Assembly: GCA_965649295.1 (NCBI GenBank)
Contig: CBFGKH010000009.1
Coordinates: 24,025-88,024, forward strand
Length of the DNA: 64,000 nucleotides
Origin: a candidate division WOR-3 bacterium
Lineage (GTDB): Bacteria; Hydrothermota; Tepidihabitantia; Tepidihabitantales; Tepidihabitantaceae
Reading direction: 5' to 3'
This document shows, piece after piece, positions 9,702 through 17,839 of the stretch; position 1 is the first letter of the stretch, and every line of letters begins with the position of its first letter. The position numbers and the translations under genes were made by a program. Under the pieces are notes generated by a model, which searched no databases, was not told the DNA's origin, and saw only the letters and a program-made list of their open reading frames with translations.

Positions 9702-11432
9702 ATGTTCGATGTGACCCTGTTGGTTGCCGGTCAGGCAGGCCAAGGAGTGGATACATCATCAGAACTACTGGCGCGCGCACTTTATCGGGTCGGCTACAAC
9801 GTTTTTGCTTACCCTAATGTGATGTCTCGGATTCGGGGGGGCCACAACTACACATCGATTCGGGTGTCTGACCAGCCAGTTGCGTGTTGTGTCGCCCGGC
9901 ATAATCTCCTGCTAGCGCTAGACGAGAGTTCATCCGATATCCATGCTACTGAGCTTGTTGATGGTGGTGTGGCGATTCTTGATGGCGATGAAGCCAGGGA
10001 AGGTGACGAACGAAATAGAGTTTTACGGATACCCCTCACGAGAATTGCAGAGAGAGTCGGTGCCGATCTGACGATGCGCAATGTTGTTGGGCTAGGAGCT
10101 ATGCTCGCTTTGGTTGGTCAGCCGCTCGATGCTATGTTTGATCTTATGCAAGAGCGATTCGGTGCGAAGGGTGAGCGAGTTGTGAGGTTGAATCGCGAGT
10201 GTTTGCGGGCAGGGGCAGATTACGCTGTCAGAAAGCTACGAGGAGGCTGTCTATGTGCAATTCCGGCTCTGAGTCGACAACAAACAGGCAGACTGCTTAC
10301 TGGTAGTCAGGCAGTTGCGTTGGGTGGGTTGGCTGCTGATGTGCGGTTCTACGCCGGCTATCCGATGTCACCGGCTACGCCAATAATGGAGTTCCTGGCG
10401 CTGCAACAGGACCAGTTTCCGCTGGTAGTTGAGCAGGCCGAGGATGAGCTTGGCGCACTCAACATGGTTCTTGGGGCATCTTATGCTGGTGTACGAGCGA
10501 TGACTGCAACCTCTGGTGGAGGTTTTTCACTGATGGTCGAAGCGCTGGGATTGTCGGGCATGACAGAGCTACCTTGCGTTGTTGTTATCGCACAACGGCC
10601 TGGGCCGGGAACGGGGTTGCCGACCAGGACCGAGCAAGGTGAACTGCTCTTTGCCATAAATGCGTCTCAGGATGAGTTTCCGCGTTTCGTGCTGGCTCCC
10701 GGCACTGCCGGTGAGGCGTTCAACCTGACACAGCGAGCTTTCGATTTGGCCTATCACTTTCATGTCCCGGCTATTATTCTAATCGACCAGTACCTTGCTG
10801 ATTCGCTTTGGACTGTTCCGTCTCTTCAATTGCACACCTCTGGCAGCATCGGCGATTTTGCAGAGAAGGACTGGGAGGGCAGAGCCCCAAACACTTTTTG
10901 CACCTATCTGGTTACCGATGATGGTATTTCACCTCGTGTGAGGCCCGGGATACTACCTCAGGCGGTTCATTGTATTGGTTCAGAACATACTGAAGAAGGG
11001 TATCCGACTGAGGATGCCAAGATTCGTATTGCGATGCAACGGAAGCGAATGGCCAAGTTGCGAGCGATGTCTACGGCGACCGGTAGTCTGGGAGGAGCGG
11101 TTGCCAGTGGGCAAGACAGTGATTTGGTCGTTGTTTGTTGGGGATCGACATTCGGGGTGGTCAACGAGGCAGTTGACCGGTTGCGAACGGAGCATTATTC
11201 AGTCGGCTCGCTACATCTCTCGGCGCTCGCGCCCTTTCCGCGTGCGCAGGTCTTGGCTCGACTCAGTCAGGCGCGTTGCGTTGTTACGGTTGAGGTAAAT
11301 TCGACGGGACAACTGGGCAGATTACTCCGTCGAGAGACGCTGATTCAACCAACCGCCGAAGTGCTAAAGTACGATGGCCGACCATTCACTGTTGATGAAT
11401 TGGTAGAGGAGCTGCGTCCCTTTTGTGCTTGA
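9702..11432 (+). CDS. 2-oxoacid:ferredoxin oxidoreductase alpha subunit (fused gamma-alpha type), copy 1
   Basis: 576 aa; N-terminal pyruvate/ketoisovalerate oxidoreductase catalytic (gamma-like) domain plus alpha domain; pattern of two-subunit KorAB/OFOR enzymes. Confidence 0.8.
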   Translation: MFDVTLLVAGQAGQGVDTSSELLARALYRVGYNVFAYPNVMSRIRGGHNYTSIRVSDQPVACCVARHNLLLALDESSSDIHATELVDGGVAILDGDEAREGDERNRVLRIPLTRIAERVGADLTMRNVVGLGAMLALVGQPLDAMFDLMQERFGAKGERVVRLNRECLRAGADYAVRKLRGGCLCAIPALSRQQTGRLLTGSQAVALGGLAADVRFYAGYPMSPATPIMEFLALQQDQFPLVVEQAEDELGALNMVLGASYAGVRAMTATSGGGFSLMVEALGLSGMTELPCVVVIAQRPGPGTGLPTRTEQGELLFAINASQDEFPRFVLAPGTAGEAFNLTQRAFDLAYHFHVPAIILIDQYLADSLWTVPSLQLHTSGSIGDFAEKDWEGRAPNTFCTYLVTDDGISPRVRPGILPQAVHCIGSEHTEEGYPTEDAKIRIAMQRKRMAKLRAMSTATGSLGGAVASGQDSDLVVVCWGSTFGVVNEAVDRLRTEHYSVGSLHLSALAPFPRAQVLARLSQARCVVTVEVNSTGQLGRLLRRETLIQPTAEVLKYDGRPFTVDELVEELRPFCA

Positions 11433-11441
11433 GGTCAGCTT

Positions 11442-12320
11442 GTGACCACGATTGTTGATTGGACGGGAGCCACCGAGGAGACCTGGTGTCCGGGTTGCGG
11501 TAACCGCGGGATACTACAGGCGCTGCGAGAGGCTTTGGTTGCATCAGGGCTGGAGCCAAGAGAGGTTGTGATTGTGGCTGGGATTGGACAGGCGGGAAAA
11601 CTCGCCCATTACGTCGGTTGCAACTTCTTGCACGGTTTGCACGGGCGAACTCTGGTTCATGCGCTTGGTGTCAGACTTGCTAACCATTCGCTCAAGGTTA
11701 TTGCTGTGGGTGGCGACGGTGATATTTACGGTGAAGGTGGTAGTCATCTGTTGATGATGTTTCGCAGAAACGTGTCAATGGTCTGTCTCGTCCACAACAA
11801 CGGAGTCTATGGCTTGACCAAGGGACAGCCATCGCCGACGAGTGGTTTCGGATTCGTGACGCGTGCCCGACCCGAAGGTACGGCTATGCCGCCGTTCAAC
11901 CCGTTGGCAGCTGGTCTTGCTATGAACGGCACCTTCCTCGCCCGAGGATTTGCAGGCGATGTTGCTCATTTAGCTCGACTGATTCTGGAAGCTATTCGTC
12001 ATCCGGGCTTCGGTTTTGTTGATGTATTGCAGCCTTGTATCACCTACAACAAGGTTAATACGTATCAGTGGTACCAGCGGCGAATACGCGATGTTGCCCT
12101 TGACAACCATAACCCAGCAGACCGCGAGGCGGCGCGGCGGGTCGTTTCGCAGTGGCCGCGTACCGATACGCGTGAACCTGAACAAATACCGGTTGGTCTG
12201 ATCTATCGTGCTTCGCGGCCAGTCTACGAGGAATCGTTCCCGGCATTACGCCAACAGCCACTTGTTTTCTCCCGCTACGATGCCGCGCGGGTCCAACGGT
12301 TGATTGACAGCATGCACTGA
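11442..12320 (+). CDS. 2-oxoacid:ferredoxin oxidoreductase beta subunit (TPP-binding), copy 1
   Basis: 292 aa; CPGCGN Cys motif near N-terminus, TPP-binding GDG motif (IAVGGDGD). Confidence 0.8.
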   Translation: MTTIVDWTGATEETWCPGCGNRGILQALREALVASGLEPREVVIVAGIGQAGKLAHYVGCNFLHGLHGRTLVHALGVRLANHSLKVIAVGGDGDIYGEGGSHLLMMFRRNVSMVCLVHNNGVYGLTKGQPSPTSGFGFVTRARPEGTAMPPFNPLAAGLAMNGTFLARGFAGDVAHLARLILEAIRHPGFGFVDVLQPCITYNKVNTYQWYQRRIRDVALDNHNPADREAARRVVSQWPRTDTREPEQIPVGLIYRASRPVYEESFPALRQQPLVFSRYDAARVQRLIDSMH

Positions 12321-14047
12321 TGCCAGTTGATATAGCAATTTCGATTGTCGGTTCAGCCGGACAGGGTGTTCAATTCCTGGCGCGAGCGTTGGCACAGGCG
12401 TTTGTTCGTAGTGGATACTATGCCTTCTGCTCGCATGACGTAATGTCCCGCATACGCGGTGGCCAGAATTGTTCGCGGCTGCGGGTTGCCGATCGGGTCG
12501 TTGCCGCGGACGGAGACTCGTCTGATCTACTAGTGGTATTAGAGCCGCATTATCTTGCTGCGTGGTCTGGCGAGCTACGGTCCGACGGCTGGGTAGTTAT
12601 TGATGGTGGCGCGAGTCAAGGTGAGCATGTGGTGACTGTTCCGCTGCTCGATATGGCACTAAAGAGCGGTGGGAGCAAGCAGGCGATCAACATTGTTGCC
12701 GCCGGCGCCGTTTGGGCAGTTCTTGGCTGCGAGTTATCCTTGCTGGTTGGCGTCTTGAGGGATATGTTTGGGTCGCGCGGAGAGACAGCGGTTACGGCGA
12801 ACACCGCGGCTGCAGTCGAAGGCTACAACCACGCGGCTCGGATTGCTGGCGCAACTTTACCGGTTCGCCTACCGCGACTGACTGCAAGTGAACCGCGAGC
12901 GCTTATCGCTGGTTCCGAGGCTATCGCTCTTGGCGCGTTGGCTGCTGGCGTGGAACTGGTTGCTGGCTATCCGATGTCACCCGGTACGCCAATCCTTGAG
13001 TATTGTGCTCGACATGGTGGTAAAATTGGGACGATCGTTGAACAGACTGAGGATGAAGTGGCGGCTGCGAACATGGCCATCGGTGCGTTCTTTGCCGGTA
13101 AACGAGCGATGGTGGCGACTGCGGGTGGTGGTTTCGCTCTGATGAACGAGGCGCTCAGCCTAGCGGGTATTACTGAGACACCGGTAGTCTTCTGTGTCGG
13201 TATGAGGCCAGGACCGGCTACCGGTATGGCCACCCGTACTGCCCAAGCAGACCTGCTCTGGGTGATTCACGCCGGGCACGGCGAATTTCCGCGGGCGGTG
13301 CTGACGCCAGCCGACGCGCTGGGCGCTTTTCGTGGGATCCAGCAGGCTTGCTATCTGGCTGAGCGTTTTCAAATCCCGGTGATATTGCTCTATGACCAGT
13401 TTCTCGGCGATGCTCTGTGGACAGTTCCCGCTGGCGAATTGAGCTACCGAGTGCCCCGGTTGCCAGCCGACCCGGTACCAGCCGCTCGCTACGCCTACCG
13501 TCGCTATGCCTTGACTCCGAGCGGGGTGTCACCGCGACTGCTGCCGGGTGTGGCTGGTCAGCTTGTCTATGTAGACTCCGATGAACACACCGAGGGAGGA
13601 CATATCACTGAGTCGGCAGAGGTTCGTGTCGAACAGGTTCGGAAGCGTGCGAGGAAACTTCTCGGTGTTGCTGCACAGACGATTCCTCCGACCGAGTGGC
13701 CACCGAACAACACTGCAGAAACAATGGTGCTCTGTTTTGGTCCGACCCGTGGTATTGTTCACGAGGCAGTCAGCCGTCTTCGCGACAAAGGTCAGAACAT
13801 CGGCATGCTTCATTTCGAACAGGTCTGGCCGTTTCCGGTCGAATCGGTCAAGCGAGTGGCAGGGCGCGTCAGGCGTTTGGTGACTGTTGAGGGTAATGCA
13901 ACTGCTCAGCTCGGCCAACTGGTAGCGCAGGAGTGTTGTCTCGCCACCACTGGCAGCGTACTGAGATTCGACGGCCGGCAACTCCGGGTAGGGCAGGTGG
14001 AGCAAGCCTTGACCGATTTACTGGTTGGTGGTAATGAAGCCAATTGA
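12320..14047 (+). CDS. 2-oxoacid:ferredoxin oxidoreductase alpha subunit, copy 2
   Basis: 575 aa paralog of 9702-11432 (shared SAGQGV, VMSRIRGG, GYPMSP blocks); start overlaps upstream stop (TGATG). Confidence 0.8.
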   Translation: MPVDIAISIVGSAGQGVQFLARALAQAFVRSGYYAFCSHDVMSRIRGGQNCSRLRVADRVVAADGDSSDLLVVLEPHYLAAWSGELRSDGWVVIDGGASQGEHVVTVPLLDMALKSGGSKQAINIVAAGAVWAVLGCELSLLVGVLRDMFGSRGETAVTANTAAAVEGYNHAARIAGATLPVRLPRLTASEPRALIAGSEAIALGALAAGVELVAGYPMSPGTPILEYCARHGGKIGTIVEQTEDEVAAANMAIGAFFAGKRAMVATAGGGFALMNEALSLAGITETPVVFCVGMRPGPATGMATRTAQADLLWVIHAGHGEFPRAVLTPADALGAFRGIQQACYLAERFQIPVILLYDQFLGDALWTVPAGELSYRVPRLPADPVPAARYAYRRYALTPSGVSPRLLPGVAGQLVYVDSDEHTEGGHITESAEVRVEQVRKRARKLLGVAAQTIPPTEWPPNNTAETMVLCFGPTRGIVHEAVSRLRDKGQNIGMLHFEQVWPFPVESVKRVAGRVRRLVTVEGNATAQLGQLVAQECCLATTGSVLRFDGRQLRVGQVEQALTDLLVGGNEAN

Positions 14048-14882
14048 GTGGCAGAGTGACGATCCAGTGGCCTGGTGCCCGGGTTGTGGTAACTTCGGCA
14101 TCCGGGAAGCGGTCAAGATGGCACTGAGTGACATGCAACTGCTGCCCGAGCAGGTTTGTTTTGTATCCGGCATCGGGCAGGCTGCCAAGGCGCCGCACTA
14201 CCTACGTTGCAACCTGTTCAACGGTTTGCACGGCCGAACACTGCCGGTGGCTATCGGTGTAAAGCTCGCTAATCCTGCCCTGACTGTTATCGCTGAGGGT
14301 GGTGACGGAGATGGTTATGCTGAGGGCGGTAACCATTTTCTGCACGCTCTGCGCCGCAACATGGACATCACCTATCTTGTCCACGACAATCAGGTCTATG
14401 GCTTGACAAAGGGCCAGGCATCTCCTACGAGTGAACCAGGGATGGTGACGAAGACGACGCCTTTCGGTGTGAGTGAGCCTGCTTACAACCCTTTGGCACT
14501 GGCTGTCATGCTTGACACAGGTTTTGTGGCGCGGGGGTTCTCCGGGATGCCGGAGCATCTTGCCATGCTTATAAGACAAGCGATTAGCTGGCCCGGGTTC
14601 GCGGTCGTGGACATACTTCAGCCTTGCGTTAGTTTCAACCATGTCAACACCAGCACGTGGTATCGTCAGCATGTCTATGACCTGACGACCGTCGCTGACT
14701 ATGACCCGACTGATCCAGAAATGGCATTTGCCAAGACTCAGGAATGGGGGGAGCGGATTCCCATCGGAGTGATCTATCGGTCACGTCGTCCTAGTTACGA
14801 CCGGCTGGTGGCCGAGCGAGGGGTGAGTCCAACTGCGACGAGAGAAGCGGCCATCAAGGCTCTCATCGAACAACTGATGTAG
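14025..14882 (+). CDS. 2-oxoacid:ferredoxin oxidoreductase beta subunit, copy 2
   Basis: 285 aa paralog of 11442-12320 (WCPGCGN, GGDGDGY); overlaps alpha-2 3' end (alternative start 14034). Confidence 0.8.
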   Translation: MVVMKPIEWQSDDPVAWCPGCGNFGIREAVKMALSDMQLLPEQVCFVSGIGQAAKAPHYLRCNLFNGLHGRTLPVAIGVKLANPALTVIAEGGDGDGYAEGGNHFLHALRRNMDITYLVHDNQVYGLTKGQASPTSEPGMVTKTTPFGVSEPAYNPLALAVMLDTGFVARGFSGMPEHLAMLIRQAISWPGFAVVDILQPCVSFNHVNTSTWYRQHVYDLTTVADYDPTDPEMAFAKTQEWGERIPIGVIYRSRRPSYDRLVAERGVSPTATREAAIKALIEQLM

Positions 14883-14886
14883 CCGG

Positions 14887-14914
14887 GTTCGAGCTACTCT
14901 CTGGAACCGGAGCG
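14887..14914. terminator. possible bidirectional stem-loop between convergent korB2 and xerC-like genes
   Basis: Imperfect inverted repeat CCGGGTTC...GAACCGG in the 11-nt convergent gap region; no U-tract. Confidence 0.2.
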
Positions 14915-15844
14915 AGGATGTGCTTTGCGATAGGTGGCTCTCAGTCGCTCGAGCGTCACATGCGAGTAGATTTGAGTTGTGGCAAGCGAGGAGTGACCGA
15001 GTAGTTCTTGAACCGCTCGCAAATCAGCACCGCGTTCGAGTAGATGTGTAGCGAAAGCATGACGGAGTGCGTGAGGATTGGTTGCAGCGGTGCCGTTGAC
15101 GGCAGACAGAGCACGGCGGACTATTTGCTGAACCGACCGAGTTGACAGTCGGCCACCGTGGGCGTTCAAGAATACCGGTTGTTGACCTGATTGGCCGGTG
15201 GCGGTAAGGTAGCGTTCGAGTGCGTGGCGTTCGGCGCTACCGAGGGGGATGATTCTTGTCTTGCCGCCCTTGCCGCGTACTTTGATAACTTCGGCGGCGA
15301 AGTCGATATCGGCAACGTTGAGCCCGACAAGTTCCGCGACTCTGATCCCTGAACCGTAGAGCGTCTCAAGAATGGCGGCCTTTCGAAGCGAGCGCAGGTC
15401 ATCGCCAGTCACCTTGATGGCGGAGTGGAGTTGTTGTTGCGATAACACTACCGGTAGACGTCGTTCTGGTCGTGGTCGCTTGACTGCGGTCGCCGGGTTG
15501 AACTTCAGTTGGTCAGTGCTGACAAGATAACGCAAGAACGACCGGACAGCAGAGAGCTTGCGGCCGGCCGAACGTTTGTCGTAGCCACCGCGTAGCATGC
15601 GGCCAATGAACTCGCGGATGTGCTCGTGAGTGATCGTTGATAACGGTGGGAGGTTGAGTTCATCTGCGCAATAGTCAAGGAATTGCTGGATATCGGTTCG
15701 ATAGGCTCGGATTGTGTGTTGCGAGTAGCGGCGTTCCCGGGTGAGATGTGCGAGAAAATCAACTAACGCCCCAGCGTACGGCTTCGGCGGTGAGTCAATC
15801 AGTGGTTCGGCCAGGGCCCGAGTAGTCGTTCTACTACTGCCCAC
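14894..15844 (-). CDS. tyrosine site-specific recombinase XerC/XerD family
   Basis: 316 aa; N-terminal SAM-like domain (HTIRAYRTDIQQF), C-terminal HALRHAFATHLLE...LLGHSSLATTQIYSHV catalytic region with the conserved Tyr. Confidence 0.8.
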   Translation of the reverse strand: MGSSRTTTRALAEPLIDSPPKPYAGALVDFLAHLTRERRYSQHTIRAYRTDIQQFLDYCADELNLPPLSTITHEHIREFIGRMLRGGYDKRSAGRKLSAVRSFLRYLVSTDQLKFNPATAVKRPRPERRLPVVLSQQQLHSAIKVTGDDLRSLRKAAILETLYGSGIRVAELVGLNVADIDFAAEVIKVRGKGGKTRIIPLGSAERHALERYLTATGQSGQQPVFLNAHGGRLSTRSVQQIVRRALSAVNGTAATNPHALRHAFATHLLERGADLRAVQELLGHSSLATTQIYSHVTLERLRATYRKAHPRSGSRE

Positions 15845-16193
15845 AAACTGGGCAACGTGACTGACAGTTAGGCGGAGGCGCTGGATGCGTGCCGTCTTCC
15901 AGTGTGTTGGAACTCACATATCGGTGATAGAGCCGGCACTGAGTAGAGTAAGTTTCTTCCGGAGTCAGACACGTCTCGTACCAGAACGACCGATAAGCGT
16001 CTGCTGCCGCACGGAGTTCTTCGCGCATGTCCTGTTCGGCCCGACAGACTTTGACGATAGGTCCGTTCGGAACCTTAGCGAGGCAATAAACTCCGCGGAC
16101 GCGACAGGGAACCCTCATGTCGACCATGATTGGAGAGAGCAGATACGGTCCACGCATAGATGTAACCTCAGCGACTAATTGTGATACCGGCAA
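15834..16193 (-). CDS. hypothetical protein (possible; contains CxxC...CPVCG cysteines)
   Basis: 119-aa ORF only; no recognisable family; overlaps recombinase start by 11 nt. Confidence 0.25.
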   Translation of the reverse strand: MPVSQLVAEVTSMRGPYLLSPIMVDMRVPCRVRGVYCLAKVPNGPIVKVCRAEQDMREELRAAADAYRSFWYETCLTPEETYSTQCRLYHRYVSSNTLEDGTHPAPPPNCQSRCPVCGQ

Positions 16194-16936
16194 CGGCAGC
16201 TGTCAATAGTTGTCGTCGCCGAAGACTGAACGGTGCGGCTCAGACAGACAATAGAGTCGCCGGCTATCGTGACCAAAGACAGCTTCGATTTCGACGCTCA
16301 CTACTCTGCGCTGTCGGTAATTGGTCATAGGACGTAGGACTCCCGGCAGGTCCTTAGCTGAGAAACTGTAACAGGAACGCCCGGACCCGGCACTAGACCA
16401 GTATGGAGACGAGGGGCTGAGCTTTCAGGACGACATGCTTCCTGACAGCAGTTGCAGCGCAGTCTGCGATAGCAACAGACGGAGATGGACAGGAACATCT
16501 GGATGCGTAATGGGGGTCATTGATCGTGACTGCAACAAGGGCGCGACCCTGGACATACATCTAAGGGATTGGTGAGACCAAGTGGGGAACTATCCCCGGG
16601 ACGGTAGGGTGGATGTCAGGGAGAGTCTCGTATCAATTTGCTAGCGCACGAGTTAGGACTTCCAGACTACCTGCACGTATCCCTGTCGCAGGACTTAATG
16701 ACTAGTTGTTAGTCTGCTCAGGTATTAGTCAGAGCTAGTATAACTATGAGATGACGTACGACCGCGTGACCGGTCAGAATGGTGTTTTGCCCAGCTCTTG
16801 AGTTAGGAGATGGCGCAGACTCCGATTGCAGCGATCCTTTTTTGCGCTCTGCTCGGCGTGCAACAATTGGTCTCGGGCCGTCGAGATACGGTCGGGGATG
16901 CTTGTCAGTTGGCTGGTCAATCGCTAGCCTGTTAGC

Positions 16937-17818
16937 GTGAGAGAGATCAGAATTGGCACGAGTGGCTTCTCCTTTGCAGACTGGCTGGGTCCAGTTTATC
17001 CCCGGTCATTGCCGGCGGCGCGCATGCTCGAGTTCTATGAATCAAAGCTTGGCTTCGACTGCGTGGAGTTGAATTTCACTTTCTATACGATGCCCGTTGC
17101 CAAAACATTGGAGTCTATGGCTGAACGCACCAAGGCGAGTTTTCTCTTTGTGGTGCGCAGTCATCGGCTGATGACGCATGAAATCTGGGACGAGGGCTCG
17201 CGTTCACGGCTGCGTGACGTTACTGCTGACTTCACTCGATTTCGGCAAGGACTTGAGCCGCTGATTGAGCGGCGACGATTGGCTTGCGTCTTGGTTCAGT
17301 TCCCAACGTTTTTTCATCGGTGCACCGCGAATACTGATTATCTCGTGCGGCTACCGTCGTTGTTGCCGGATACGGACGTCGTTGTTGAGTTCCGCAACCG
17401 AAGCTGGCTGGTCGAAGAGACTTTCGAGTTACTGAAGAAAGAGGGGATCGGCTACTGCGTAGTTGACGAACCACAGCTTGGTCCGCTGCTGCCATTTGTG
17501 GTCAGGCGAACATCGGCAATCGCCTACTTCCGATTGCATGGTCGCAACCCGGCTTGGTTCAAGGCCGGGCGGTCCGAGCGTTACAACTACAGCTACACAC
17601 CGGCAGAGCTAGGTGAGTTTGCTGCCGCGGTGCGTTCTGTCAGCGACGATGCCGATCGCACTCTTGTTTTCTTCAACAACTGTCACGCGGGTGCTGCCGC
17701 TCGTAACGCGCTGATGATGAAACAGATGCTCGGGCTGGTATCCAGCCTGACGCCAGAACAGGCTCAAGTTGTTGCCGGAAATGACGTAGCAACCGGTCAG
17801 CAGCTTGACTTGAACTAG
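16937..17818 (+). CDS. DUF72 (YecE-like, UPF0759) family protein
   Basis: 293 aa; IGTSGFSFADW N-terminus and TIM-barrel-like DUF72 pattern; GTG start preceded by TTGTCA-N17-TAGCCT. Confidence 0.65.
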   Translation: MREIRIGTSGFSFADWLGPVYPRSLPAARMLEFYESKLGFDCVELNFTFYTMPVAKTLESMAERTKASFLFVVRSHRLMTHEIWDEGSRSRLRDVTADFTRFRQGLEPLIERRRLACVLVQFPTFFHRCTANTDYLVRLPSLLPDTDVVVEFRNRSWLVEETFELLKKEGIGYCVVDEPQLGPLLPFVVRRTSAIAYFRLHGRNPAWFKAGRSERYNYSYTPAELGEFAAAVRSVSDDADRTLVFFNNCHAGAAARNALMMKQMLGLVSSLTPEQAQVVAGNDVATGQQLDLN

Positions 17819-17839
17819 CGGTTCAATATAGTCAGCGCG

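Noticed and set aside
16194-16936. tmRNA, RNase P RNA or SRP RNA in the long intergenic block near the recombinase
   Set aside because: Found no GGGGCUGA…/ANDENYALAA-type tag frame with a CCA-ending tRNA-like 3' domain, no RNase P P4 (AGUCCGGGC…) pair, and no SRP domain IV motif on either strand. Left as an unexplained region rather than called.
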